64,000 bases of DNA from an uncultured Gammaproteobacteria bacterium. Lineage in GTDB: Bacteria; Pseudomonadota; Gammaproteobacteria; Pseudomonadales; Halieaceae. The position numbers and the translations under genes are program-made. The stretch lies in contig CAVOYP010000011.1 in assembly GCA_963700715.1 (NCBI GenBank), positions 8,349-72,348 on the forward strand, in the 5' to 3' direction. Of this stretch, positions 18,691-28,856 are shown one piece after another; positions within the stretch are counted from its first letter, which is position 1; every line of letters begins with the position of its first letter. Below the pieces are notes generated by a model, which saw only the letters and a list, made by a program, of their open reading frames with translations, did no database searches and was not told the origin of the DNA.

Positions 18691-20943
18691 ATGTCTGAAG
18701 TTCCCCAAATTGATAGTGACGGCATCGAGCAGGTGTCGCTGAAGCAGTATGCGGAAAAGGCTTACCTGGACTATTCCATGTACGTCATCCTCGACCGCGC
18801 CCTGCCCCATGTAGGCGACGGTCTGAAACCGGTGCAACGCCGCATTGTCTACGCCATGAGCGAGCTGGGCCTTAAAGCCAGCGCCAAGTACAAGAAGTCG
18901 GCGCGCACGGTCGGCGATGTCATCGGCAAATTCCACCCTCACGGCGACAGCGCTGCCTACGAGGCCATGGTGCTGATGGCGCAGGACTTCAGCTATCGCT
19001 ATCCGCTGGTGGACGGCCAGGGCAACTGGGGTTCGCCGGACGACCCGAAATCGTTCGCGGCGATGCGTTACACCGAATCGCGCCTGACGGCGTATGCGGA
19101 GGTGCTGCTGGCGGAGCTGGGCCAGGGCACCGTCGACTGGGCTCCCAACTTCGATGGCACCATGGACGAGCCGCGGGTACTGCCCGCCCAGGTGCCGAAT
19201 GTGCTGCTCAACGGCACCACGGGTATTGCAGTGGGCATGGCAACCGACATTCCCCCGCACAACCTGCGGGAGGTGGTTGCTGCGGCCGTGCGTCTGCTGG
19301 AGGCGCCCAAGTCCACGGCGGCCGAGTTGTGCGAGCATGTGCTGGCGCCCGATTTTCCCACCGAGGCGGAAATCATCACGCCCCGGGCGGAGATCGTGGC
19401 GATGTACGAGACCGGCCGCGGCAGCCTGCGCATGCGCGCAGTCTGGGAACGCGAGGGCGGCGATGTGGTGATCACTGCCCTTCCCTACCAGGTATCGGGC
19501 TCGCGGGTGCTGGAGCAGATTGCCCAGCAGATGCAGGCGAAAAAGCTGCCGATGGTGGCGGACCTGCGGGACGAGTCTGATCATGAGGATCCCACCCGCC
19601 TGGTCATTGTGCCGCGCTCTAATCGGATCGATGTCGATGGCCTGATGCACCACCTCTTTGCAACCACCGACCTCGAGCGCAGTTACCGGATAAACCTGAA
19701 CATGATCGGCACAGACGGTCGGCCCGGGGTAAAACCGCTCGATCGCATCCTGCGGGAGTGGCTGTCGTTCCGCACCGAAACTGTACGGCGCCGGCTCGAA
19801 TATCGCCTCGAGCGGGTGTTGAATCGCCTGCATATTCTCGAAGGCTATCTCGTCGCCTTCCTCAACATCGACGAAGTGATTCATATCATCCGCACCCAGG
19901 ACAAACCCAAGCCGGCACTGATGCAACGGTTCGGCCTGAGTGATACCCAGGCCGAGGCGGTGCTGGAACTCAAGTTGCGCAACCTTGCCAGGCTCGAGGA
20001 GATCAGTATTCGGGGCGAGCAGGATGAGTTGGCGACCGAGCGCGACGAACTGCAGAAGATTCTGGGCAGCGCCGCCCGCCTCAAGACCCTGATCAGGAAT
20101 GAACTGCTGGCCGTGGCCGCAAAGTACGGCGATGCGCGCCGTTCGCCCCTGGTCCTGCGGGAGGAAGCCAAAGCCTTCAGCGAGCTGGAGATGGTGGGTG
20201 CTGACCCGGTAACCGTGGTGATCTCGGAGAAAGGCTGGATTCGCGGTGCCAGGGGCCACGATATCGATCCCGCCGCCCTCAGCTACAAGTCCGGCGACAG
20301 CTTCAAGCTGGCGGTGCACGGGCGCAGCAACCAGCCCGTGGTGATCCTCGACTCCACCGGCCGGGCCTATACCGTGGCCTCCCACAACCTTCCATCCGCC
20401 CGGGGCCAGGGCGAGCCGCTTACCGGGCGCATCAATCCCCCCTCCGGCGCCAGCTTTGAAGGCATGATGATGGGGGCCGAGGACCAGCTGTTTCTGTTGG
20501 CCAGTGACGCCGGCTACGGTTTCGTCGCCAGGCTGGGTGATCTGCAGACCAAGAATCGCGCGGGCAAGGCGGCCATCAGCCTGCCCGCGGGAGGGCGGGT
20601 ACTGCAACCGGCGTCGATTGCGGCCGTCGAGGGTGCCTGGGTGGCCGCCGCCAGCAACGAGGGGCGCCTGCTGGTGTTTCCGCTGGCGGACTTGCCGCAA
20701 CTGGCCCGGGGCAAGGGCAACAAGATCATCGCAATCCCCTCCGCCCGGGTGTTGAGCCGCGACGAGTTCGTGGTGGGGGTGCAGGTGATCACCGAGCAGG
20801 ACAGCCTGGTGGTGGACGCGGGCAAGCGCCATATCACGCTGAAATTCTCCGAGATGGAACACTACCGCGGCGAGCGCGGCCGGCGCGGCAACAAGCTGCC
20901 GCGGGGCTTCCAGAAAGTGGACTCTATTCGCGTGGAGCGTTGA
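18691..20943 (+). CDS. parC: DNA topoisomerase IV subunit A
   Basis: [42 protein letters not shown]...AMRYTE. 750 aa, lacking the GyrA-box style N-terminus. Confidence 0.93.
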   Translation: MSEVPQIDSDGIEQVSLKQYAEKAYLDYSMYVILDRALPHVGDGLKPVQRRIVYAMSELGLKASAKYKKSARTVGDVIGKFHPHGDSAAYEAMVLMAQDFSYRYPLVDGQGNWGSPDDPKSFAAMRYTESRLTAYAEVLLAELGQGTVDWAPNFDGTMDEPRVLPAQVPNVLLNGTTGIAVGMATDIPPHNLREVVAAAVRLLEAPKSTAAELCEHVLAPDFPTEAEIITPRAEIVAMYETGRGSLRMRAVWEREGGDVVITALPYQVSGSRVLEQIAQQMQAKKLPMVADLRDESDHEDPTRLVIVPRSNRIDVDGLMHHLFATTDLERSYRINLNMIGTDGRPGVKPLDRILREWLSFRTETVRRRLEYRLERVLNRLHILEGYLVAFLNIDEVIHIIRTQDKPKPALMQRFGLSDTQAEAVLELKLRNLARLEEISIRGEQDELATERDELQKILGSAARLKTLIRNELLAVAAKYGDARRSPLVLREEAKAFSELEMVGADPVTVVISEKGWIRGARGHDIDPAALSYKSGDSFKLAVHGRSNQPVVILDSTGRAYTVASHNLPSARGQGEPLTGRINPPSGASFEGMMMGAEDQLFLLASDAGYGFVARLGDLQTKNRAGKAAISLPAGGRVLQPASIAAVEGAWVAAASNEGRLLVFPLADLPQLARGKGNKIIAIPSARVLSRDEFVVGVQVITEQDSLVVDAGKRHITLKFSEMEHYRGERGRRGNKLPRGFQKVDSIRVER

Positions 20944-22197
20944 TCAGGCGCGGGCGGCAGGGTCGAGCAGGCGCCTGAGAATCAGCCGCAACTGCCGCTC
21001 CAGCAGGTCCTGGTAGGGTTCGGCAAACTCCTCCAGCATGGCGAAATCCATCACTTCGGTCGCCTGGTGTTGCAGCCGGCTGGCCACGTCCGGGTCTTCA
21101 CAGACGACGGGTGACAGCAGTATCCGCGGCGGCCGGTTGGCACAGATGGTCTCGAGTTCGTCGAGGGTGTGCTGGATATACAGTCCCGGGTAGATATCCC
21201 CCCGGTCACCCGCGCCGAGCTCACTCTGCGAGATCGCCATCGCGATGGACAGTGTCCTGCGAATCTGCTGTTCGATCTTGCGGCAGGCGCTCTGGATCAA
21301 CCACGCACAGGAAGCTGCGCGGAAGGCGGCGCTGCCGGCGCTGTTGGGACCGCTGAAATAGATGGCCAGGCCAAACTGGCGGGCTACCTGCAGTTCCCCC
21401 GCGTAGAAATTCGCTGCCGCCAGCACCAGCTGGTGCAGCCTGTGGGTGTAGCGGTGCAGCGCTTTCTCGTCCAGGGTGTCGACGTAATCCACCAGGCTGG
21501 TCAGGTGCAGGTAGAGAACTGCGGTGGTGCGATAATTCTCGTCCCGCGGCCTGGTTTCGCTGCGGGTGCGCAGCAGGTCCATGGGCAGGGCGCTGATGTT
21601 GCGGCTGAGCAATGCCACCTCGTTGGCGGGCGTGGCCTCTACAGCCTGGTCTTCCATCGCTATCGACTTTGCCAGGTCACCCAGTCGGTTGGCCAGGCGC
21701 TGGCTGAAGTGCCGGCTGGTGATATAGACGGCCAGGCTGAGCAGTATCGCCAGGCCCAGCAGGCTGAGCACGAACTGCAGCCTGGCGGCGCGGGCAGCGT
21801 CGGTGCTTATGGTGATAACCACGCGACCGGCGATGTTCGATTCCACCCGCACGGGTGCGCTGTATTGCTCGAGATTGCGGCCCAGTGCCTTCCCCGCTTG
21901 CCCGAGCGCCTTGCCCTCCACGTCGAACAGGGCCACCTCTTCCGCCGATGTGGCTTCGAGGAAGCGCTGCAGTGCAGCTGCGACGCTCAGCAGATCGCCG
22001 GTTTCAAGCGCCGCGCTGATACGGGTGGCGATCTGGTGGGCGAGAGCCGAGCCGTAGTGCTGCTGCTGCTGCAATAGCATGTGGCGGCTGGAGATGGTCG
22101 CCAGGGTGACCAGGGCGAGACTGACCAGCAGGCACATACCGGCGGTGGCGAGCGCAAGCTGTTGGCCCAGGCTAGTGTTGCTAAGAGGATTCTTCAC
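20944..22197 (-). CDS. AhpA/YtjB(Smp)-like membrane protein with an extra ~230-aa cytoplasmic C-terminal domain
   Basis: TM1 (ALATAGMCLLVSLALVTLA), a periplasmic-like segment, TM2 (FVLSLLGLAILLSLAVYI), then a long soluble domain. It is divergent from serB, as smp/ytjB is in E. coli. Start uncertain (GTG 22197 preferred; the track ORF reaches 22332). Confidence 0.55.
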   Translation of the reverse strand: MKNPLSNTSLGQQLALATAGMCLLVSLALVTLATISSRHMLLQQQQHYGSALAHQIATRISAALETGDLLSVAAALQRFLEATSAEEVALFDVEGKALGQAGKALGRNLEQYSAPVRVESNIAGRVVITISTDAARAARLQFVLSLLGLAILLSLAVYITSRHFSQRLANRLGDLAKSIAMEDQAVEATPANEVALLSRNISALPMDLLRTRSETRPRDENYRTTAVLYLHLTSLVDYVDTLDEKALHRYTHRLHQLVLAAANFYAGELQVARQFGLAIYFSGPNSAGSAAFRAASCAWLIQSACRKIEQQIRRTLSIAMAISQSELGAGDRGDIYPGLYIQHTLDELETICANRPPRILLSPVVCEDPDVASRLQHQATEVMDFAMLEEFAEPYQDLLERQLRLILRRLLDPAARA

Positions 22198-22331
22198 GCG
22201 TGGCTGCAGGCTACCGTACCGGGACGCGCGCCAGTATAAACCAGAGCGGGCATGGGGCCAGACTTTTGTGTCAACTGCCGCTTGCTTCCCAGCGCTCGCC
22301 GCCTGCGGGTAGAATACGCGCCTTTCCAACA

Positions 22332-23576
22332 ATGCTGGACGCCCAGGTGAACGACATACTGTTGCTCAGTATTTCCGGTGAGGACCAGCCGGGCCTCACC
22401 GCCGGGATCACCGCAATCCTGGCGGCGCATTCGGTCAATGTGCTGGATATCGGCCAGGCGGTCATTCATGCCACGCTGTCCATGGGTGTGCTGGTGGAGG
22501 TTCCCGGCGACTGCGATGCCGCGGGCATGAGCCAGGCGCTGACGAGCTTTGCCCAAGGGCGCGGCATGCAGGCGCGGATCACCCCGGTCCTCGCGGACAG
22601 CTACGCCCGCTGGGTGCAGGCCCAGGGCAGGGCGCGCTACATCATCACGCTGCTGGCGCGCAAGATCACCGCCGACCAGTTGTCCCGGGTCACCGCGGTC
22701 GTGTCCCGGCACGACCTCAATATCGACGGCATCAGCCGCCTGTCCGGGCGCATCCCCTTGGGGGAGTTACCCCCGCTCAGCAAGGCCTGCGTGGAATTCT
22801 CGGTGCGGGGCCCGCTGCAGGACCCTGACCTGTTCCGCCGCGACCTGCTGGAGGTCGCCAGCGCGCTCGAGGTCGACCTGGCATTCCAGCAGGACACGAT
22901 GTACCGCCGCAACCGCCGCCTGGTGGTGTTCGATATGGACTCCACCCTGATCGAGGCGGAAGTTATCGATGAACTGGCACGCCTGGCCGGGGTCGGTGAC
23001 CAGGTCAGCGCGATTACCGAGCGGGCGATGCGGGGAGAGATCGATTTCAGCGAGAGCTTCCGGGCCCGGATTGCATTGCTGCGGGGCCTTAAAGAGGAGG
23101 CGCTGGGACAGGTGGCGGCCGCGCTGAAGATCACCGAGGGCGCTGAGCACCTGATCGCCACGCTGCGCACCCTGGGCTACAAGACCGCCATACTTTCGGG
23201 CGGATTTACCTACTTTGCCCGCCACCTGCAGGCGCGGCTCGGGATCGACTATGTCCATGCCAACGAGCTCGATGTCGCCGGCGGCGAGGTGACCGGCAGG
23301 GTCGTCGGTGCCATCGTGGACGGGCCGCGCAAGGCCCAGTTGCTGCGGCAGTTGGCCAGCGAGCAGGGCATCGACCTGCAGCAGGTGATCGCGGTCGGGG
23401 ATGGGGCCAACGACCTGCCGATGCTCAGCATCGCGGGCCTGGGCATAGCCTTCAGGGCGAAGCCGCTGGTCAAGCAGTCCGCCGACCAGTCGATATCTAC
23501 ACTTGGCCTGGATGCGATTCTCTATCTGCTGGGACTTTCCGATCGCCACCAGAACCACGCCGCGAACAGCCGGTAG
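22332..23576 (+). CDS. serB: Phosphoserine phosphatase SerB (long form with N-terminal ACT-like repeats)
   Basis: HAD motifs VVFDMDSTLI, SGGF and GDGANDLPML. Start at the internal ATG 22332 (MLDAQVNDILLLSISGEDQPG). Confidence 0.9.
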   Translation: MLDAQVNDILLLSISGEDQPGLTAGITAILAAHSVNVLDIGQAVIHATLSMGVLVEVPGDCDAAGMSQALTSFAQGRGMQARITPVLADSYARWVQAQGRARYIITLLARKITADQLSRVTAVVSRHDLNIDGISRLSGRIPLGELPPLSKACVEFSVRGPLQDPDLFRRDLLEVASALEVDLAFQQDTMYRRNRRLVVFDMDSTLIEAEVIDELARLAGVGDQVSAITERAMRGEIDFSESFRARIALLRGLKEEALGQVAAALKITEGAEHLIATLRTLGYKTAILSGGFTYFARHLQARLGIDYVHANELDVAGGEVTGRVVGAIVDGPRKAQLLRQLASEQGIDLQQVIAVGDGANDLPMLSIAGLGIAFRAKPLVKQSADQSISTLGLDAILYLLGLSDRHQNHAANSR

Positions 23577-23579
23577 CGG

Positions 23580-25415
23580 TCAGATATTGGTCCACACCGA
23601 ATCGAAGCCGGCGCTATCGCGCGGGCGACTCTTGTCCTCCGCCAGCACTTGCTCCAGCTGTTTTACATAGCGGAACTCGAATTGCGCGAAGGCACCGGTG
23701 ACCGCCACCGGGCGCATCAGCTGTATGAAGAACTCCTCGCCGTGGCGCAGCAACACGAGTTTCTGACGCTCCCGGAAACCGGCCCGGGGCGTGAGCAGGG
23801 TGGGCGCCTGGCCCACCAGTTTTATTCCCGGTAGCAGCAGCACTCGCACCGGCTCAGTCCGTTCGCCTTTTTTCTGGGCTTGCAGGCAGGCCCCGTAGGG
23901 CTTGGCGCCGGGGCTGAGCAACTCCAGTCCGATCAGGGTCCTGTTGTTATCCAGCCGGCTCATCCAGCGGATCGCCGCAACCGCCCAGCGCGGGCTTTCG
24001 TCCTCGCGCACGCAGACGACATCTCCGGCTCTGATATTGGCGGGCAGTTGCGCGCCCCACTCGAGGCAGTAGCCGCCGGGGCTGGCGTCAAACATGGTTA
24101 CCCTGTGCGTCTGGTAGCGTTGCCGGGCGTCCAGTTCCTCCGACTCATCCTGCCCCTCCAGGGCGGCCAGGGTTTTGTGGTCAACCTGCACTTCGTGTGC
24201 CAGCGCGTCGTCGCCGTGGGCGTAGGAATCCCGGGTAAAATCCTCTTCCGGGTTGGCCCGTTGCCAGAGGTCGCTGCTGGACTGGCGTTCCTGGAAGGGA
24301 TTGCCGCCCAGGCGGTCAAGCGGCGGAGGGATATACTCCGGGCCGTACAGTACCTGCTCGAAGGCCTGCTCTCCCGCCAGGTGGTAGTGACAGGCGCTCA
24401 AACCGATGCCGACCCAGATGGGTTTGCCGGCCTGCTTGCGGCTGAAGTTGCGCATGCTCATTTTGCTGAAGCAGGTGAGCAGGTGATCGAGCAGGGCCGG
24501 GCTTACGACGGTGTCCCTGTCGAACACCACGCCCTGTTTGTCGGCAGTGGCGGCCAGCTTCCTGAGGTGCTGGATCAGCGGTTGGGTATCGATATAGCGG
24601 GTGCGTGGGCCTGGGGGCTCGCGATAGAGCTGGCTGTACATCGCCGGCAGGTCGCCGTCGAGGTCAGTCAGGAACTGGTCGTTCTGCCCGGCCGTGCGGC
24701 TTAGCTGCAGCAGTGCGCACCATTCCTGCAGGCCGCGGTAGATGGCTGTGAGGTCGGCCTGGCGCAACTGGTTTGGTTTGCAGCAACCGAGCATCAGCAC
24801 CTGCAGGTAAGCGGTGGCGATGGTGCCGCTGCCGGACAGTTCGTCTTCGACATGCAGCTGGTCCAGCTGCTGCCCTTCCGCCAGGGCGTAGAGCTGGTGC
24901 AGCCCCAGCCAGCTGCGCAATTGGGCCGGCCGGTACAGCTGGAATGTCTGCAGCAGGCGGGCGCCGGCAAATCGGACAGCGCGGTGGATGGATTCGCAGG
25001 CGAGCCGCGCGGCATTGACCTGGCGAATGTTCTGCCGGCGCTGGATCGCATGCACGGCCACTATGGTGTAACCGATCCCGGCCAGCTCGTGCAGGTCGTC
25101 TGCCAGTTCAGCCATCTGGTGCGGCTCTTCCGGCAGGACCAGGGGCTGTTTGAGGAAGCGTCGCGCCAGGCTCGCAGTTGCCACCAGCAGCGCCGGCCGC
25201 AATTCCTCCAGGATGGCGAAGCGCAGCTCGGGGGCGATCTCCACCTGGTTTAGTTGGCCCAGCGCCGCGAGCAATTGTTGTGCGACCAGGCTCGAACTGG
25301 TCACCGGCAGGTCTTGGGCCCACTGTTGCGCCGCGTCAGCCGTCAGGGGGAAAAAGTCGAAGTGCTGCAGCTCCTGTCGCGGAATCCGCAGTTTTATCGG
25401 CGTCTCGCTGCTCAT
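23580..25415 (-). CDS. Uncharacterized ~611-aa protein with a C-terminal PilZ-like segment
   Basis: I recognise no family for the first ~430 aa. The C-terminal part has RQRYQTHRVTMFDASPGGYCL (DxSxxG-like) followed by a beta-rich tail. Start taken at MSSETPIKLRIP. Confidence 0.4.
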   Translation of the reverse strand: MSSETPIKLRIPRQELQHFDFFPLTADAAQQWAQDLPVTSSSLVAQQLLAALGQLNQVEIAPELRFAILEELRPALLVATASLARRFLKQPLVLPEEPHQMAELADDLHELAGIGYTIVAVHAIQRRQNIRQVNAARLACESIHRAVRFAGARLLQTFQLYRPAQLRSWLGLHQLYALAEGQQLDQLHVEDELSGSGTIATAYLQVLMLGCCKPNQLRQADLTAIYRGLQEWCALLQLSRTAGQNDQFLTDLDGDLPAMYSQLYREPPGPRTRYIDTQPLIQHLRKLAATADKQGVVFDRDTVVSPALLDHLLTCFSKMSMRNFSRKQAGKPIWVGIGLSACHYHLAGEQAFEQVLYGPEYIPPPLDRLGGNPFQERQSSSDLWQRANPEEDFTRDSYAHGDDALAHEVQVDHKTLAALEGQDESEELDARQRYQTHRVTMFDASPGGYCLEWGAQLPANIRAGDVVCVREDESPRWAVAAIRWMSRLDNNRTLIGLELLSPGAKPYGACLQAQKKGERTEPVRVLLLPGIKLVGQAPTLLTPRAGFRERQKLVLLRHGEEFFIQLMRPVAVTGAFAQFEFRYVKQLEQVLAEDKSRPRDSAGFDSVWTNI

Positions 25416-25571
25416 CTGGCAAGGACCCTTGTCGTTATCTGGCATGTTGGGACCATCGTTATCAGAGTATCGTACAAATCAACAGGCCCGCCAACGTGAA
25501 TATCCCCTATCTGCCATTGGCTTCCCGCCTGAGTTATCATTGGCGCCTTTTCCGGCATATACGAGTGCGCC

Positions 25572-26141
25572 ATGGCTACGTTTTCCACCAATGATTTTCG
25601 CTCCGGCCTCAGGGTTATCCTCGATGGCGAGCCCTGTACCATCCTCGAAAATGAGTTTGTAAAGCCGGGCAAGGGCCAGGCCTTCAACCGGGTCAGGCTG
25701 CGCAACCTGAAGACCGGCAGGGTGTGGGAGCGCACTTTCCGCTCGGGCGAGACCCTGGAAGGCGCCGACGTGGTGGATCGCACCATGGAGTATCTCTACA
25801 GCGATGGTGAGTTCTGGTACTTCATGGAGCCCGACACCTTCGAGCAGCACCAGGCCGATGCCAAGGCCGTGGCCGGCGCCCTCAACTGGCTCAAGGAACA
25901 GGATCCATACGAGGTTACCCTGTATAACGGCGTTCCGCTGTCGGTGTCGCCGCCGAACTTCGTGGAGCTGGAAATCGTCGAGACCGATCCCGGCCTGAAG
26001 GGCGATACCGCCCAGGGCGGCAGCAAGCCCGCCAGGTTGAGTACCGGCGCCGTGGTGAAAGTGCCGCTGTTCATCAACCGGGGCGAAGTGATCCGGGTCG
26101 ATACGCGCAGCGGCGAATACCAGAACCGCGTTTCCAAGTAA
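25572..26141 (+). CDS. efp: Elongation factor P (Lys34 type)
   Basis: [46 protein letters not shown]... Confidence 0.95.
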   Translation: MATFSTNDFRSGLRVILDGEPCTILENEFVKPGKGQAFNRVRLRNLKTGRVWERTFRSGETLEGADVVDRTMEYLYSDGEFWYFMEPDTFEQHQADAKAVAGALNWLKEQDPYEVTLYNGVPLSVSPPNFVELEIVETDPGLKGDTAQGGSKPARLSTGAVVKVPLFINRGEVIRVDTRSGEYQNRVSK

Positions 26142-26155
26142 GCCCGGCTCCGCGC

Positions 26156-27109
26156 ATGGAATGGCAGCCGGGAGCGACTCTCGGGCTGCTGCGCGCGCGG
26201 GCTGCCCTGCTGGCGCAGATTCGCCAGTTCTTCGCCATTCGCGAGGTACTGGAGGTGGAAACGCCGCTGCTGTGCGCCTGTGGCATCACCGACCCCGCCA
26301 TCGAGCCCCTGGTAGTGGAGCGCGGCGTGTCCCTTGCCGGGCCGCGTTATCTGCAGACCTCCCCCGAGTACGCCATGAAGCGGCTGCTGGCCAGCCACGG
26401 CCAGCCCATATTCCAGCTCACCAGGGCCTTTCGCGATGGCGAAGCCGGCGCTCGCCACAACCCCGAATTCACCCTGCTGGAATGGTACCGCCCGGGGTTC
26501 GACCACCACGCGCTGATGGCCGAGGTCGCGCAGCTGGTGCGCCACTGTCTGGGCGAGCGCCCGCTGCACAGCTACAGCTATCGCCAGCTGTTCCTGGAGC
26601 TGCTGGGTGTGGACCCCTTTACCGCGACGCCGGCTGAACTGGAGTCGGTGGCGCGCAGCCGGATCGACGCCGGGACCATCGCCGGCGAGCGCGATCTCTG
26701 GCTCGACCTGTTGATGAGCCACCTCATCGAGCCGCGGCTGGCCGGGCTCGGCATGTGCTTCGTCTGGGACTACCCCGCCTCCCAGGCTGCCCTGGCGCGG
26801 GTTGAAGATTGCGCCGGGGTGATGGTGGGGCACCGTTTCGAGTTGTACGTCGACGGCATGGAACTGGCCAATGGCTATTTCGAACTGCAGGACCCGCAGG
26901 AACAGCGGCGGCGCTTCGAGCGCGACAATGCCCTGCGGCGGGAACACGGCCTGCCCGAACGCCCGCTGGACGCGCGCCTGCTGGCGGCCCTTGATCACGG
27001 CCTGCCTGACTGCAGCGGGGTGGCGCTGGGGGTGGACCGGCTGTTGATGCTGGCCACCGGCGTTGCGGATATTCGCCGGGTGCTGGCCTTTGACTGGGAG
27101 CGGGCCTGA
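26156..27109 (+). CDS. epmA: EF-P--(R)-beta-lysine ligase (GenX/PoxA)
   Basis: Truncated class II LysRS-like protein: IRQFFAIREVLEVETPLL...YLQTSPEYAMKRLLA...FRDGEAGARHNPEFTLLEWY...GVALGVDRLLML. Confidence 0.9.
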   Translation: MEWQPGATLGLLRARAALLAQIRQFFAIREVLEVETPLLCACGITDPAIEPLVVERGVSLAGPRYLQTSPEYAMKRLLASHGQPIFQLTRAFRDGEAGARHNPEFTLLEWYRPGFDHHALMAEVAQLVRHCLGERPLHSYSYRQLFLELLGVDPFTATPAELESVARSRIDAGTIAGERDLWLDLLMSHLIEPRLAGLGMCFVWDYPASQAALARVEDCAGVMVGHRFELYVDGMELANGYFELQDPQEQRRRFERDNALRREHGLPERPLDARLLAALDHGLPDCSGVALGVDRLLMLATGVADIRRVLAFDWERA

Positions 27110-27127
27110 TCCGCTTGCGCTTTGGCG

Positions 27128-27955
27128 CTATGCGGGCCGCGCCGCGCCCCTGAAGAACTCCGCGGTTGCCCCGTTGGCGGGGTAGAAAGCCTCGATCCGC
27201 AACTCATCCGTGGTGATGTCCTGGGGCGTGCCGAAGGTGGATATAACCGAAAACAGGCTGAGTTCAAGACCCCCGATACTGAGTTCCAGCGGGAGCACCG
27301 GCAGCAGGGACTGCGCGAGGGGATCGCTGTGCGCCAGCGGACCGGCCAGATCGACAATCCGCTGGAAACGCGCCTGCAGTTCTGGATCGCCCGAGGCGAG
27401 GGCTTCGCGCTGCAGGCGGCGGACGAACGCGGGCGCCGCCTGTTCCCAGTTGTCAATATATTGGCGCAGACCCAGGGGATGCACGGTGATCAGCGCGAGG
27501 TTGAACTCTCCCTCGTCGCCTATCCGTTGCAGCATATCGGCGGGTTCTCCGCCGAGACTCAACAGCAGGTCCGCCGCCCGGTTTTTCTTCCTTATGTTCC
27601 AGCAGCGGTCCACGACCACCGCCGGCAGCGGCTCATGGTGTTCCAGAACATGGTTCAGTGCATCCAGCACGGGTGCCATTAGCGGATCTTCGAGTCGGCT
27701 TTCGCTGTAGACCGGGGCAAAGCCGGCGGACTGGAACAGGGCGTTGCGCTCCCGCAGTGGCACATCCAGTGCATCGGAGAGGCGCACCACCATTTCACGG
27801 CTGGGTTGGCTGCGCCCGGTCTCCAGCCAGCTTACATGGCGCTGTGAAACGTTGGCCGCCAGTGCCAGGTCAAGTTGCGACAGCTTCCTGAACTGGCGCC
27901 ATTGGCGGCAGATTGATGGGAAGCCCGGTGCCGTAGTTGCTTGTAGGGTGGCCAT
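27128..27955 (-). CDS. MmyB-like XRE-family transcriptional regulator
   Basis: HTH region QFRKLSQLDLALAANVSQRHVSWLETGRSQPSREMVVRLSDALDVPLRERNALF, followed by an MmyB-type ligand domain. The ATG at 27955 has an AGGAGAG RBS. Confidence 0.8.
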   Translation of the reverse strand: MATLQATTAPGFPSICRQWRQFRKLSQLDLALAANVSQRHVSWLETGRSQPSREMVVRLSDALDVPLRERNALFQSAGFAPVYSESRLEDPLMAPVLDALNHVLEHHEPLPAVVVDRCWNIRKKNRAADLLLSLGGEPADMLQRIGDEGEFNLALITVHPLGLRQYIDNWEQAAPAFVRRLQREALASGDPELQARFQRIVDLAGPLAHSDPLAQSLLPVLPLELSIGGLELSLFSVISTFGTPQDITTDELRIEAFYPANGATAEFFRGAARPA

Positions 27956-28004
27956 CGAGTCTCTCCTGAATGCGCTTATGTTCGGGCTGCAGTGGACACG
28001 CATT

Positions 28005-28025
28005 CAATTACCTCGGAGGTAATTG
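28005..28025. promoter_or_regulatory. Perfect 21-bp palindrome caattacctc-g-gaggtaattg, candidate operator
   Basis: Read directly. It is centred 60 bp upstream of the MmyB-like regulator ATG and 66 bp upstream of the divergent membrane-protein ATG. Confidence 0.55.
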
Positions 28026-28080
28026 TCGCAAAACAGTCAAAGTTGGAGAATAGATTCAAACCAATCGAAAGGAGCTTGCC

Positions 28081-28377
28081 ATGAGCAGACGTACCCTGGC
28101 CATCATGATCCTCATACCCTTCACCGTGCTGACCGCTTACGCAGTGCAAAAGGTCGGCTACATCGGAATTTTTGACTATCACCGCCACAGTCCCGCGGGG
28201 TGGCAGGTGATCGCCGACCTGGTGATCGCCCTGGTGCTGGTATTGACCTGGCTGGTGCCGGAGGCGCGCAAGGCGGGCCGCAATCCCTGGCCCTGGGTAG
28301 TAGCCACGTTGTTTCTGGGCTCCTTCGGGCCGCTGCTTTACCTGGTGTTTGCACAGCGCCCAGCGCCGCAACAATAG
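28081..28377 (+). CDS. Small integral membrane protein (3 predicted TM helices), function unknown
   Basis: 98 aa with hydrophobic segments LAIMILIPFTVLTAYAV, VIADLVIALVLVLTWLV and WVVATLFLGSFGPLLYLVF. Strong AAGGAG RBS. Confidence 0.6.
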   Translation: MSRRTLAIMILIPFTVLTAYAVQKVGYIGIFDYHRHSPAGWQVIADLVIALVLVLTWLVPEARKAGRNPWPWVVATLFLGSFGPLLYLVFAQRPAPQQ

Positions 28378-28466
28378 GGCAGTACAACGAGTTGGCGGAC
28401 GCATCCGCGATGCCGCCCCAGCAGCGGCACCCTGCGCAATCGCAGGGCCGGCCGCTGACACGGATG

Positions 28467-28856
28467 TTACCGCTCAGCGGCGGATTCCGCGTCTTTCTTC
28501 AACCTTTGAACGACCCTGTACCACCTTTCCATGTTCTCGCGGCTGGAATCCTTCAGTTCCAGGCCTACCCAGTAACCGGCCCTGTCCGCGGCCTCCCTCA
28601 CCCACTTCGCCTCACCGACCAGTTCCAGGTTTTCCTTCCAGTCATCCAGCGGTACGGCGATATTGAGCGTGCTGCCCCCGGCAATGGCAATCGGCACGGC
28701 GATGCGCAGGCCACCCATCGAGACATCCAGTGTCTCGCATCGAACGATGGTATTGTCTGCCTCTGAACGACTCCCCCTTTCGACCACTTCGACGTAGATC
28801 GCCTGTTCAAAACTGAAGCGCTCGTGTTGGCGTCGATCAATGGTGTCAGCTGTCAT
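28467..28856 (-). CDS. Stand-alone PilZ domain protein (predicted c-di-GMP receptor)
   Basis: Canonical motifs RRQHER (RxxxR) and DVSMGG (DxSxxG) at typical spacing. 129 aa. Confidence 0.8.
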   Translation of the reverse strand: MTADTIDRRQHERFSFEQAIYVEVVERGSRSEADNTIVRCETLDVSMGGLRIAVPIAIAGGSTLNIAVPLDDWKENLELVGEAKWVREAADRAGYWVGLELKDSSRENMERWYRVVQRLKKDAESAAER

